IMG/VR virus record: IMGVR_UViG_3300046171_000193
Span: 32,001-96,000 of that record
Direction: 5' to 3' (one strand)
DNA length: 64,000 bases
Source of the DNA: a virus
Shown piece by piece: positions 27,218 to 39,100 of the stretch. The notes under the pieces are model-generated. The model worked only from the letters and a program-made list of their open reading frames with translations, did no database searches and was not told the DNA's origin. Every line of letters starts with the position of its first letter. Position 1 is the stretch's first letter. The position numbers and the translations under genes are program-made.

Positions 27218-29131
27218 ATGGCTACAACAGTACAAAATACTCAACTTGATTTTGACGCAGTTAAAAATAGTCTCAAAACCTTTTTTCAAGAAAAAGGTGA
27301 ATTTGCAGATTTTGATTTTGAAGCCTCTGGTCTTTCTAATGTTCTTGATGTTCTTGCTTATAATACTCATTACAATGCACTAACTGCTAACTTTGCTTTG
27401 AACGAAGCATTCCTTACAACGGCACAATTAAGAAGTTCAGTAGTATCTCATGCCGCAACATTAGGTTATGTACCAAGATCTCGTATTGCATCACGAGCCA
27501 CTGTGAATTTAAGTGTAAACCTATCAGGTGCTATCAATAGACCTTCGGCCGTCGTTCTCGAAGCAGGTAGTATTTTCACAGCTCCTGTTGGCGAAACAAC
27601 ATATACGTTTAGAACACTATCTGATATTACAGCAACAGATAACGGCGTTGGAGTATATAACTTTTTAAACAGTGATGGTACACGTGATATTTTAATATAC
27701 GAAGGCTCTATGACAAGAAAAAGATTTATTGTCGGCGAGAAAGGTGAACGTCAGCTTTATGTAATTCAAGATAATTCTATTGATACAACGACTGCAGACG
27801 TACGAGTATATGATACGCCAAGCAGTTCAAATTATGTTAACTATGCTCCTGTTACAAATGCTGTTACAGTTAACTCAAATTCTCGTTACTTTCAAATATC
27901 AGAAGCACCAAATGGTTTTTACGAATTAAACTTTGGTGATGGCATATCTTTTGGTAAGGCCCCTGAATCAGGTCAAATGATTCAAGTGCAATATTTGAGT
28001 TGTCTTGGCGCTGCTGCTAATGGTGCTGCCGTGTTTTCCCCAGGAGACACTGTAACAGTTAATGGCATTCAATACCTACTACAAGTAACTACTATTTCTT
28101 CGGCTGGTGTCGGTGGTCCTAGACAATCTTTAGAATCAATACGATTAAATGCGCCAATTGCTTTTGCTGCACAACAAAGACTTGTTACTGCCGATGACTA
28201 TAAAGCTGTGATACAAAGAAACTATCCAACAGTAACTGACTCTATTGCATGGGGTGGAGAGGATAACGTACCTGCAGATTACGGTAAAGTTTATTTGTCT
28301 CTTGTGTTTGAAAATGGTACAACCGAAAATCAAAAACAGGCTGTAAAAGATGCTATTGTTAGTGATGTGGCTTCTAATCTTTCCATTCTATCAATCGATA
28401 CTGCATTTCAAGATCCAGTTACTACATTTTTAGAAATTATTTTGACATTTAACTTTGATCCAAGTTTGACAGGACAAACAATTAAAGCGACAGAGGGAAA
28501 TGTATTTAACTCACTTGTAACTTATATTAATGAAGAATTAAAACAGTTTGGTGGTGTGTTTAGACGATCTGAGCTTTTAACTCGAATTGATGATATTAGT
28601 GAAGCAATTCTAAACTCTAAAGCTACTGTAAAGATGCAACAAAGATTTATACCTGATATGACTCAAAGCGCGACATATAACATGTACTTTCCTGTTGAAA
28701 TTTCTTCGCCATCTACAACTGATAATATTATTACATCATCTACGTTTATTTTTAATAATAAAGTTTGTTCTATCAAGAATGCTTTGTCGTTAACTAAACT
28801 ACAAATTGTAGATAATGTTGGTACAGTTGAAGTTGATAATATAGGATCTTATGATGCATTAAAAGGCACTGTAACATTAACCGGATTTAATCCATTCAGT
28901 ATTACAGCAGGAGTTAACTTTCTGAAAATTTCTTGTACGCCTGCAAACCAAGCAACTATTCGACCCTTACGTAGTTATATTTTAGATATTGACGAAGGTC
29001 CATCGTTTGCTTCAGCACAAGTTGATAGACAAGATACTGATGTTGTTTTAGGCGGATCAGGTAATACAGGAACTGGTATTACTGTTAGTTATGGTACCGG
29101 CAGTGGCGGTGGAGCTGGCGGAGGCTATTAA
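27218..29131 (+). CDS. 6: Baseplate wedge gp6
   Basis: LDFDAVKNSLK, DFDFEASGLS..LDVLAYNTHYNA, FGDG, QQRLVTADDY, YGKVY. Confidence 0.95.
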   Translation: MATTVQNTQLDFDAVKNSLKTFFQEKGEFADFDFEASGLSNVLDVLAYNTHYNALTANFALNEAFLTTAQLRSSVVSHAATLGYVPRSRIASRATVNLSVNLSGAINRPSAVVLEAGSIFTAPVGETTYTFRTLSDITATDNGVGVYNFLNSDGTRDILIYEGSMTRKRFIVGEKGERQLYVIQDNSIDTTTADVRVYDTPSSSNYVNYAPVTNAVTVNSNSRYFQISEAPNGFYELNFGDGISFGKAPESGQMIQVQYLSCLGAAANGAAVFSPGDTVTVNGIQYLLQVTTISSAGVGGPRQSLESIRLNAPIAFAAQQRLVTADDYKAVIQRNYPTVTDSIAWGGEDNVPADYGKVYLSLVFENGTTENQKQAVKDAIVSDVASNLSILSIDTAFQDPVTTFLEIILTFNFDPSLTGQTIKATEGNVFNSLVTYINEELKQFGGVFRRSELLTRIDDISEAILNSKATVKMQQRFIPDMTQSATYNMYFPVEISSPSTTDNIITSSTFIFNNKVCSIKNALSLTKLQIVDNVGTVEVDNIGSYDALKGTVTLTGFNPFSITAGVNFLKISCTPANQATIRPLRSYILDIDEGPSFASAQVDRQDTDVVLGGSGNTGTGITVSYGTGSGGGAGGGY

Positions 29132-30141
29132 TGTCACATATCGCTGATTATAATCGGATAGTTCCTAACTTCAGAAACTATAGCGTTGCAGAAGTTTTAC
29201 CGCAATACTTTAGAGAAGAATATCCTAATCTCATTGCTTTTATGGAAGCGTATTACGAATACGTAGACTCTGATGAATCAATTAGTGCAATACAAGATTT
29301 GTTTAGTGTATATGATATTGAAAGTACATCATTAGCCAATTTAGAATATATCTTTGGTACAATTGCTGATGGAGCTAACTCAACGTATTTTAGCGAACCG
29401 CGTGAAGTACTTCGCAACTTTGCTAATTTTTATAGAGTTAAAGGTACAAAGTATTCTGCCGAAGGTTTCTTTCGTGCATTCTTTGGTATTGATGTTGAGG
29501 TAGATTATCCGAAACAAAGAATATTTAAACTCAATCAGTCTCAGTCAACAATCGGTACTGAGTCATTGCATTTTATACAAGACGGTGCATTATATCAAAT
29601 ATTCTCAGTACTTGTTAAATCGGCTATTCCGCTCAATACGTGGAGAGATCTATATAAAAAGTTTGTACATCCGGCTGGATTCTTTTTAGGCGGTGAGGTT
29701 GTTCTAGAACTACCGTCTACAAACTCTGAACTCTTGGTTATGCCAGATAATATTGATGAACCGCCACCACCATTATTTGTTGAGGGTACGGCAAATTATG
29801 ATATACCATTTGGATTAGTAGAGCCTATTGGTTATCTACCTGACGATGCAGATTCTGATAGCGTTATTGAACGTATTAGCTTAAAAGCAACAGTTGATCG
29901 GTTTAAAGATATGCCTGCTGATGTATTTGCTGCATCATATGGTAGAATTGACCAGGCAAAAGATATTAACTCGCCGACGATGGATGACTCGGCAAAAGAC
30001 GCTGTATATGCATACGGTGTGAGAATGAGCAACGACATCGAAAGAATGGATAGAAATAGATGGTTCTATGATTCCGACGCTGGTAACCCAAGATATATGG
30101 CTCTTGGATATGTCGACTCAAATTACGTAGAACTTACTTAG
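29131..30141 (+). CDS. 7: Baseplate wedge gp7-like protein
   Basis: LPQYFREEYP..FMEAYYEY, FYRVKGT, FVHPAGF; follows gp6. Confidence 0.7.
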   Translation: MSHIADYNRIVPNFRNYSVAEVLPQYFREEYPNLIAFMEAYYEYVDSDESISAIQDLFSVYDIESTSLANLEYIFGTIADGANSTYFSEPREVLRNFANFYRVKGTKYSAEGFFRAFFGIDVEVDYPKQRIFKLNQSQSTIGTESLHFIQDGALYQIFSVLVKSAIPLNTWRDLYKKFVHPAGFFLGGEVVLELPSTNSELLVMPDNIDEPPPPLFVEGTANYDIPFGLVEPIGYLPDDADSDSVIERISLKATVDRFKDMPADVFAASYGRIDQAKDINSPTMDDSAKDAVYAYGVRMSNDIERMDRNRWFYDSDAGNPRYMALGYVDSNYVELT

Positions 30142-30150
30142 AGGTAAAAC

Positions 30151-31734
30151 ATGGCAATCACATTAAGAAATTCTAAAGGGACGGCATTGACCCACGTCGA
30201 ACTCGATGCCAACTTTACCACACTGCAAAATGCTGACTTAGATTCGGCAGCGGTTACGTCTATTGCGCAAGCTTTAGATAATGCGCAGGTTATTCCTTCA
30301 CATATCAATACACTTGCTGGCGATTCAGATGTAGATTTTGGGTCTAAAAAAATCTATTATGCCAATATGTGGGATTCTGAAGGAGCTCTTCCAAATGCTA
30401 CGACGTATCATGGTATGTTTGCTCACGTTCATGCAACCGGAGCAGGATACTTTGCTCATGGCGGAGCCTGGGTAAAGCTTGCTAATAACGCAGATCTTGG
30501 AACCGGTATTGACTCGGCCAAGACTATTGCGCTCATTGATAGTGCATACGTACAAGCAAGAGAAGGCATTGACAGTATCGGTGAATTATCTAACGTTAAC
30601 ATGTCTGGTATTGCAAACAACAAAATCCTTAAATGGGATTCAGGAACTCAACACTTTATTGTTGCTTCTGATGTAAGTGGCGGTGGAGGCGGTGGAGGTC
30701 TAGCATATGCAGACTTTAGTGTATCAGTCGCTGCAGCAGGTTCTGCTAACTTGGCATATAATAACGCAACAGGTGTGACTACTTACACTCCACCAGACTT
30801 ATCAAGCTATTTACAAAGCTATACTGTAACTGAAAACGATGTAACGAACCATCAAGCTGCATTGTCAATTACTGAATCTCAAATAAGTAACTTACAGGCT
30901 TATCTAACAAGTGAAACATCTCATGCTGATGTACTTGTAGATGGAGACTTTGCAAGTGCAGGATTTATGAAAACTAATGGATCCGGAACATATTCGATAG
31001 ACAATAGTACATACATTTCTCAGGGTCAATCGATTGATATGAACGGTACTGAGTTAATACTAGATCAAAATGGTAATACAAGTTTTCATGCAAGTACTGA
31101 TGATCAGATCGATATTAAAATAGGTGGTACAGATGTAGGATATTTTAATTCTACCGGACTTGTTGTTGATAATATTACATCTCAGGCAACAGGTACTCCT
31201 ACTCTCACTGCATCAACTGATATTAATATGGTCACAGGTGGCTCTGTTACAGTAAGTCAAAACAGTGGTGCAGGCGGTGGATTCAGGGTTGGTAGTATGA
31301 CAACGTCACAGCGTAATGCATTGTCAGCATCTAATGGTGAAATCATTTATAATACTACTAACAGTCAAATGGAAATTTATGAGCATAGCGCATGGCATCC
31401 GATGACAAAAGGTTCTAATGTATTTAATGTCACAAGTAGCGGTTCTAGCGATTATGTTTTTAATGATCCAGAGAGTCATTGGTTTACTTCATCAACAAAT
31501 GATCCTGTTCTCTATTTGCGTAGAGGCGAAACATATTACTTTGTTGTTAATGCTTCTGGCCATCCATTTCAAATTCGTGTAAGTAATGGTGGGTCTGCAT
31601 ATGCTGATGGTATAACAGGAAATACACAGGCCGTAGGAACGGTCGTATTTAAAGTTCCGATGGGTGCACCATCTACATTGTACTATCAATGTACTGCACA
31701 CTCGGGTATGGGTAACACAATAAACATAGTGTGA
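30151..31734 (+). CDS. Tail fibre-like virion protein with C-terminal cupredoxin-like domain
   Basis: ITLRNSKGTALTHVELDANF N-terminus; GHPF...LYYQCTAHSGM C-terminus. Confidence 0.7.
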   Translation: MAITLRNSKGTALTHVELDANFTTLQNADLDSAAVTSIAQALDNAQVIPSHINTLAGDSDVDFGSKKIYYANMWDSEGALPNATTYHGMFAHVHATGAGYFAHGGAWVKLANNADLGTGIDSAKTIALIDSAYVQAREGIDSIGELSNVNMSGIANNKILKWDSGTQHFIVASDVSGGGGGGGLAYADFSVSVAAAGSANLAYNNATGVTTYTPPDLSSYLQSYTVTENDVTNHQAALSITESQISNLQAYLTSETSHADVLVDGDFASAGFMKTNGSGTYSIDNSTYISQGQSIDMNGTELILDQNGNTSFHASTDDQIDIKIGGTDVGYFNSTGLVVDNITSQATGTPTLTASTDINMVTGGSVTVSQNSGAGGGFRVGSMTTSQRNALSASNGEIIYNTTNSQMEIYEHSAWHPMTKGSNVFNVTSSGSSDYVFNDPESHWFTSSTNDPVLYLRRGETYYFVVNASGHPFQIRVSNGGSAYADGITGNTQAVGTVVFKVPMGAPSTLYYQCTAHSGMGNTINIV

Positions 31735-31738
31735 TAAA

Positions 31739-33787
31739 ATGAGCGAAAAGTATTACGTACTAACAACATATACAAAGGAACAATTTGATGAAATAAGCGC
31801 AGAGCTTATAACATCTGATTCAACTCCGGAGACAATACCCGATCGATCAGTTGATTGTACTGATACGAAAGAACACAGCGATGTACGTGGTGAATTTTCA
31901 TTAACAGAAGAAGAGTCAGCCGCTTTACAATCCGATGATCGTGTTAAAATAATTAATGAAAGTCCAAACAGATACCCTGAAACATATATGCCACCTCCTG
32001 ATGAATTAAAAAATCAAATATGGGGAACGGCAAAAGATCGATGGGATACTGCATATAATAATTACCAAATGTGGACAGTAGGAAGTTCGTCTATTCAAGG
32101 TAATTTTAGTGGAGCTGAACCGACAGTTAATAGGACTACCGCGCTATACCGAATGCAAACAAAACAAAATCCGTGGAAGACTGCATCAACTAATGAAAAC
32201 GTGGCTATAAGCTCTAAAGTACAACAACAAGGCGCAGGTGAAAATGTTGATGTCATATGTGCTGATAACGGTACATGGATCGCACATACAGAATTTATTA
32301 ATAAAGGCGTAAACAATGCAGTAAATCCGGTTGATTATAAGTCAGGTAACGTTTTAAATCGAGCAGGATATTGTGACGTATTAGATGTTGTTCTTGACGG
32401 TCCATACTATATTGATCCTGACTGGTTCAATGCAGATACAAGTAGATTAGAAACACGATGGGATGGTACGGTTGTACCGACCGAAGCTGCAGCTCAAAGC
32501 TGGTGGAGAGATTCAACTCAGCGCAGTGCATCGTTTGCCGCATTTGGAAATATTCTTGTATCTACTGCTTATACTCGAGACAATGTACACGGGAGTCCGA
32601 CAACGTTAGCATACGATGCAGATCATGGTACACAATGTGCTAGTTTAATATACGGTCGTACACACGGGTGGGCATACAACGCAAATAAGTGGCATCTAAA
32701 CTTATATGGTAGTGGTTATAATGTAGGTAGTTTTGAAATCGGATTTGACGTACAAAAAATATTTCACACATATAAACCTAATAATCCTATCTTTGGCACA
32801 AAAGATCCTACCATTAGCTCAAACAGTTGGGGATTTAGATCATCTTCTAAAGGTGGATCTTATTACTACTTTAGAACAGATGGAGCTGCCTCTTATGGTG
32901 GAACATCAAACGAACCAAACTATATTAGTTGGTTAGGCGCAATGGGCGATGGCGGTCGTTGGAAAAGCGAGCATTACGATAACAGTACGACACAGGCTGG
33001 AGACGAATTAACTCAATCAGGTGTCATTATGGTAACTGCAGCTGGAAATAGCAATCAGCCACAATATAATCCTGATCATCCGAACTATGATAATCGTATA
33101 TCAAATAACAATACAAACACTTTTTATCAAGATACGTTCAGTGAATTTGGTTATAACGTAACAGGATCAACTAATCGTAGAGGGTTTCCACAGCATATAG
33201 GAAAAACTGTAAGTGAAACATCATATGGAAATACTACGGTTAAATTTCCTGCAATCAACGTTGGTTGTTTAGATGATGATATGACAAATAGCTATGATCA
33301 AGATAGAAAAGTAAATTATAGTGATTGTGGAAATGCAATTGACTTTTTTGCTCCTGGAGATGGAACGTTAGCCGCATGTCCAGATGCATCTTATGGAGTT
33401 GATACAAGCAGAAGCGATGGAGAATACGCTGATTTAACTGCTATCTCTGCATGTAGAGATACAAGGTTTAGTGGTACAAGCGCTGCATGTCCTGTAGGCG
33501 CAGGTCTAATGGCCGTGGTTATGCAATTCAATAGAAGTTGGACATACGAGAATCTTCGTAATTGGATTGAGACAACCGTAGATGAACAACCGTCTTCTGA
33601 TATGTACGAAGGAACTGAAGTTACAACAGCCGGTGGTAGTTGGTCAAGTGATTATAATGCATTACAAGGCGCTGATCGCAGAGTATTGTATGCTGCCACG
33701 ATACCTATAAATACTCCATATCCTGCAGATTTTAAAATGGAAGGTCCTTTAGCGATAACCGCTGGACACTTCGATAAAGTAGTATAA
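31739..33787 (+). CDS. Subtilisin-like (S8) serine protease with prodomain
   Basis: VDVICADNG (Asp), HGTQCAS (His), AAGNS (oxyanion Asn), FSGTSAACP (Ser). Confidence 0.88.
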   Translation: MSEKYYVLTTYTKEQFDEISAELITSDSTPETIPDRSVDCTDTKEHSDVRGEFSLTEEESAALQSDDRVKIINESPNRYPETYMPPPDELKNQIWGTAKDRWDTAYNNYQMWTVGSSSIQGNFSGAEPTVNRTTALYRMQTKQNPWKTASTNENVAISSKVQQQGAGENVDVICADNGTWIAHTEFINKGVNNAVNPVDYKSGNVLNRAGYCDVLDVVLDGPYYIDPDWFNADTSRLETRWDGTVVPTEAAAQSWWRDSTQRSASFAAFGNILVSTAYTRDNVHGSPTTLAYDADHGTQCASLIYGRTHGWAYNANKWHLNLYGSGYNVGSFEIGFDVQKIFHTYKPNNPIFGTKDPTISSNSWGFRSSSKGGSYYYFRTDGAASYGGTSNEPNYISWLGAMGDGGRWKSEHYDNSTTQAGDELTQSGVIMVTAAGNSNQPQYNPDHPNYDNRISNNNTNTFYQDTFSEFGYNVTGSTNRRGFPQHIGKTVSETSYGNTTVKFPAINVGCLDDDMTNSYDQDRKVNYSDCGNAIDFFAPGDGTLAACPDASYGVDTSRSDGEYADLTAISACRDTRFSGTSAACPVGAGLMAVVMQFNRSWTYENLRNWIETTVDEQPSSDMYEGTEVTTAGGSWSSDYNALQGADRRVLYAATIPINTPYPADFKMEGPLAITAGHFDKVV

Positions 33788-33790
33788 ATA
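33783..33790 (+). promoter_or_regulatory. Late promoter
   Basis: TATAAATA upstream of gp9-like gene. Confidence 0.7.
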
Positions 33791-33813
33791 GATAAAACGA
33801 ATTAGAGGTAATA

Positions 33814-34800
33814 ATGACTCGTCAGAACATAGCAAATGGTACGTATGCCAATGACGGAAGTGGTGATACATTACGTCAAGCGAGCCAGAAAATTAATGAA
33901 AATTTTGTCGAGCTTTATCAAAAACTCGGTGGAGATAGTAATACTTTAGTTGGAGCAATTGCTGTTGCAGCGGGTGGTTTACAGTTTGAAGGAACTACGG
34001 CAGATCTAAACGAAACAGTTTTAAGAGCTGTTGATCCTACGGCCGATCATGTTATTCATTTACCAAATGCCTCTGGTGAAATTTTACTTGATTCTGCCAC
34101 ACAAACATTATTGAATAAAACACTTACCAGCCCAACAGTAAGCGGAATAAAAGTTCAAGATAATGATGCATCGCACACATATAATTTTATAGCGGGTTCA
34201 TTGACTGCGAATCATAATCTTAATATACCAACACTATCAGATAGTGATACACTTACTTTACTTGGTGCATCTCAAACATTAACAAATAAAACTCTTACAG
34301 CTCCTACAATGTCTCAACCTAAAGTTAGTGGTTATATTGGAGACGCTAACGGAGCTGAAATTTTTAGTATTACTGCAACAGGAAGTGCAGTTAATCATGT
34401 TGATGTACAAAACGCCGGTACTGGTTCAAATCCTGTTATGAGTGCAAGTGGAGACGATGCTGATGTTAATCTTAATTTAAGTGGTAAAGGAACAGGATCA
34501 GTAGAAATTGAAAAAGCAGCTTATTCTTCTGATGTGATTACGGCCACAGGAGCTGCTGATACTTCTAAATCATATATTGTCGGAAACTCTGGAACACCAA
34601 TTTCGGTATCAGTGGCTAATGGTACGACAGTAGGAGAATATAAACTATTTACAAATAAGAACGCTGGTACTGCTACTATTACACCAGCCACCTTTGGACC
34701 AGGAACCAGCATTGCTTTAGCAAATAATCAAGGATGCACAATGATATGGGATGGAACAAGTTGGCAGTTGGTCAGTAACTTCGGCGGAACCGTGAGCTAG
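33814..34800 (+). CDS. 9: Baseplate-tail fibre connector (gp9/gp10 N-terminal family)
   Basis: ANDGSGDTLRQASQKINENFVELY; QTL(T/L)NKTLT repeats. Confidence 0.75.
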   Translation: MTRQNIANGTYANDGSGDTLRQASQKINENFVELYQKLGGDSNTLVGAIAVAAGGLQFEGTTADLNETVLRAVDPTADHVIHLPNASGEILLDSATQTLLNKTLTSPTVSGIKVQDNDASHTYNFIAGSLTANHNLNIPTLSDSDTLTLLGASQTLTNKTLTAPTMSQPKVSGYIGDANGAEIFSITATGSAVNHVDVQNAGTGSNPVMSASGDDADVNLNLSGKGTGSVEIEKAAYSSDVITATGAADTSKSYIVGNSGTPISVSVANGTTVGEYKLFTNKNAGTATITPATFGPGTSIALANNQGCTMIWDGTSWQLVSNFGGTVS

Positions 34801-34810
34801 GGAATCTAAA

Positions 34811-36187
34811 ATGGTTGCAATTATTACAGATAAATTTAAAAGACAAGTTCTTAACGATATTTTTACAAACGTTACAGATTCTGCGGCTACGTACTATATT
34901 GGTATTGGTAGATCACAAGACTGGAATGCTACGGACGCAGCTCCCACTCCTTTGAATACTGCAAAAGAAGAACGTGACTTTCGTTTAAATTTACAGGCTA
35001 TGAAAAAAGGTGAAGATGTTTCATATGTGATTCCTAGATATAACTGGTCTTCTGGTACAATTTATGCTTCGTATGATGATCATGTTCAAGGTTATCCAAC
35101 AAATGCATATTATGTTATGACAGATGAGTTAGCTGTTTACATGTGTTTACAGCAAGGTAAAGATGCTACAGGATCTTCTGTGACATCTACGGTTAAACCG
35201 ACAGGCACTTCTTTAGATCCTATTTCAACAGCAGACGGTTACGTATGGAAATACCTATATGGACAAACTGCTTTGCGTTCGGTAAAGTTTACATCAGCTA
35301 ATTATATTCCCGTACAGTTCGTTGACTCTGCCGGCGCTTCTGATCCTGCATTAGAGCAAGAACAAAAAACAATTCAGGATGCAGCCGTCAAAGGACAGAT
35401 TACTAGTATTAAGGTAGATAACGGTGGAACAGGATATACGTCTGCTCCAACTATTACATTTACCGGTAACGGAACAAAAACTCCTGGCGCAACAGCTACT
35501 GTATATAACGGAACTATTGTAAAAGTTGAGATGAATGATTCTGGTACAGGAAAAGCTTATGGCGCTGGATACGATTATGCATCAGTTCTATTTTCTGGTG
35601 GCGGTGGAACAGGAGCACATGCTCGTGCTGTAGTATCAACACCGTTAGGAATAGGTGGAGATGCAAGAGACGATCTTCGCTCAAGCGCTATTATGTTTAA
35701 TTCGAAGCTAATTGGCGACGAAACAAATGCGATGATTACAAGTAATGATTATAGGCAAGTAGGAATAATTAGAGATCCTAAAGTTGGTCCAGATTCTGCA
35801 GATTCAGATTTTGAAGGTCCTGCAGCAAACGTCTTAAATAAATTAAAGTTTGGTTCTATTGCTCAAAACTTTACCGAAGACAAAACAATTCTAGGATCCA
35901 CATCTGCTGCAAAAGCATATATCGATAACGCAGATTCAAGCTATGTATGGTATCATCAGACTGATTCTACTGGCTTTGCTACATTTATCGAAGGCGAAAC
36001 GATTACGGAGACTGATGGTAATGGTGAAGGCATCTTAGATTCAGCTTCGGTTGACGGTGATACATTGGCATATATAAAAGGTACAGTCGATCGATTGTCT
36101 GGTACAATATTGTACATCGATAATCGAGCTGCGATTGAAAGAGATCCCGCACAAACTGAAGACATAAAAGTAATAATTCAACTGTAG
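34811..36187 (+). CDS. 8: Baseplate wedge gp8
   Basis: IPRYNWSSG, YYVMTDE..VYMCL, DGYVWKYLY, SGTILYIDNR..QTEDIKVIIQL. Confidence 0.9.
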   Translation: MVAIITDKFKRQVLNDIFTNVTDSAATYYIGIGRSQDWNATDAAPTPLNTAKEERDFRLNLQAMKKGEDVSYVIPRYNWSSGTIYASYDDHVQGYPTNAYYVMTDELAVYMCLQQGKDATGSSVTSTVKPTGTSLDPISTADGYVWKYLYGQTALRSVKFTSANYIPVQFVDSAGASDPALEQEQKTIQDAAVKGQITSIKVDNGGTGYTSAPTITFTGNGTKTPGATATVYNGTIVKVEMNDSGTGKAYGAGYDYASVLFSGGGGTGAHARAVVSTPLGIGGDARDDLRSSAIMFNSKLIGDETNAMITSNDYRQVGIIRDPKVGPDSADSDFEGPAANVLNKLKFGSIAQNFTEDKTILGSTSAAKAYIDNADSSYVWYHQTDSTGFATFIEGETITETDGNGEGILDSASVDGDTLAYIKGTVDRLSGTILYIDNRAAIERDPAQTEDIKVIIQL

Positions 36188-36196
36188 AGTGATTTA

Positions 36197-39100
36197 ATGG
36201 CGACAAAATTTACGGAAAAAGTCTTTGCTGATACGTATAAAGACGATTATAGAGACAGTAATAACTATCATAGGATACTGTTTAATTCTGGCCGTGCTTT
36301 GCAGGCAAGAGAGCTAACTCAGTCTCAAACGATACAACAAAAAGAAATTGAAAGATTTGCCCGCAATATCTTTAAAGAAGGTGCATCAGTTAATCCTGGT
36401 GGACCAAGCCTTAATACTCGATATGAATTTATCAAGCTTGATACAACTACGAATAACTTGCCAACAGATACTTCTACTATTGTTGGAGATGAATTTACCG
36501 GGCAAAACTCTGCATTTAAAGCAAAAATTTTAGAAGTCGTTGCTGCGACTGCAAGTGATCCTGCAACAATATACGTTGCATATATCGATACCTTATCAGC
36601 TTCTTCATTTGCTTCTCCAAACACTATGGATCCAGGCGAAGACATTGTTGGTACGAATTCAGGTGTTACGTTAACTGTTCAAACCACAAGTACAACGGCA
36701 AATCCTGCTACCGGATTTGGTACAAGATTTTCGGTAGAAAAAGGTGATTTCTTTACACAAGGGCATTTTGTATTTTGTGAAAAACAATCTATCATACTAA
36801 GCAAATACGGTCAACAACCAGATGCAACTGTAGGATTTTTAGTAACACAAGACGTTGTTACTGCTGCAGACTCTGAGCTTCTGTATGATAACCAAGGCGC
36901 TACTCCAAATACTTCTGCTCCAGGTGCTGATCGTTATAGAATTACAATGACGCTTACCACTCAGGATGATATAGATTCAGATCAAAACTTTGTTTACTAC
37001 GCAAGAATAAGAAACGGCGTTGTATTTGATGTTGTAACTGGCGATGATGCATATGCGCGCGTTGAAGATAGAATGGCTAAGCGTACAGCAGATATTCAAG
37101 GTGATTTCTTTATCAATCCGTTTATTGTAAATTATGAAGACGATTCGAATGACGCAAATCTTATTGCAACAGTATCTGAAGGATTAGCATACGTATCAGG
37201 ATATAGAATAGAAAAAACCTTTCCAACACGTTTACGTATTCCAAAAGCAAGAGATACTCAAACTAATAACAACGAAGTGGTAGCTGCATCTTACGGTAAC
37301 TATATTACAGTTACAGATCTTAAAGGTTTGCCAAACGTTAACGTGTTTCAAAATAGAAACTTACGTTCTGCAGTAACCCACGGTGGTTCAACCATTGGTA
37401 CATGTCGTATTCGTGCAGTAGAAGAAGACGGAGCATATTATAGATTTTATATCTTTGATGTCGTAATGAACGCAGGCCAATCGTTCGCGAATGTAAAATC
37501 TATTGGCGGTAGTTCTTTTGATTATGCCAACTTAGTTTTAGATAATGGTAGTGCGATACTAAGAGACGTTGGTAATAATAACTTATTCTTTAACTTGCCA
37601 TTTGAACGACCAAAAACCTTATCTGATATATCATTAGAAGTATATCGTGCTTTTAATGCTTCACTCGATCCTTCTGGTGCTGCTACACTGACATTGACTG
37701 CTACCGGAGAAACGTTCGGTAGTGTCAATGACTGGATAGTTTCAGTTGATTCATCTGGTTCTGTCATTTCCCCAACAATTACAGGTGCTGGTACCCAGGC
37801 TGCGACAATTAGTGGTGGTCCAACAAGTTCTAACATTGAAATTATTGCAAAGGTAAACAAAGCTGCTGGTAGTGTACGTACAAAAACTCTTGTTGAAACC
37901 ACGGTTGTACGAGCTATAGAATCTGATGGAACCGGTACTGCTTTTATAAGTTTACAAAAACCAGATTTATTTAAGTTAGATCGTCTGCGTGATTCGGATT
38001 CTGATGGTGCAGATTTAATTAATAATTTTATTGTTGATAACGGTCAGAGAGATAACTGGTATTCTCCTGCAAGATTAATTTTAAAAGGTGATAAACCAGC
38101 TCCAGGTGGACAAGTATTTGCAAGATTTAGATATTTCACACATGGTGCATCTGGTGAATTCTTTGCAGTTAACTCATATACTGGTCAGGTGGATTACAAA
38201 GACATTCCGGCTCATACATTAAACGACGGAAGTAAAGTATTCTTACACGACGTATTAGATTTTAGACCACGTAAAACCGATGGAGACTCAGACTTTACTG
38301 GTGGTACTGCTCGTATTAACGAACTACCAACCAATACTGATTTGATTACAACTGACGTTGAGTACTATCTTCCGCGGTACGATAAAATCGTACTCGATAA
38401 AGATGGTAACATTAAAGTGCTTCTTGGTACATCTGCTCTTGAACCACAGTTTCCGGTCAAGCCAGACGGGGATCTTTTACTTACAGATGTAAAATTACAA
38501 AGTTTTACAAAAAGTGACTCTGATGCGAACTTAGCACCATATGAAACAAAATTGTTTACAATGGACGATATCGGTAGTATATCTCAAAAAGTAGATAATC
38601 TATTTGAACTTACTGCATTATCGTTAATTGAAACAGGTTTATCTAATTTTAGTGTATTTGATTCTACAGGAGTTGATAGAACAAAGGCTGGCTTTTTAGT
38701 AGATGGATTTAAAGATCAATTAGGATCTAGTGTATTTAATAATGAATATAGAGCTGCTATAGATCCACAAGCGCAATTACTGCGACCATCATTTTCAGAA
38801 GAAGCTATAAGACTTATATATGACTCAGATCTTTCTACGAATACAATTCTAAAGGGAGATAACATATATAAGAAATTTACACACGTAGAATATATCGATC
38901 AGCCTCAGGTTTCAGGCGTCATGAATATTAATCCATTCTCAGTTATTACAAACATGGGTGCAATGGAATTATCTCCAGCATCTGATGAGTGGAGAGAAAC
39001 AAGACAGGCTGCTGACGTCATTGTTGGTGGAGGAACACAAAATCAATTTAGTGGAAATCAATCACAATTATTTAATAACTCACAGTGGAACTGGGCAGGA

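Noticed and set aside
33706-33713. Intragenic TATAAATA (also 50625-50632)
   Set aside because: Inside coding sequence of an AT-rich genome; cannot be distinguished from chance
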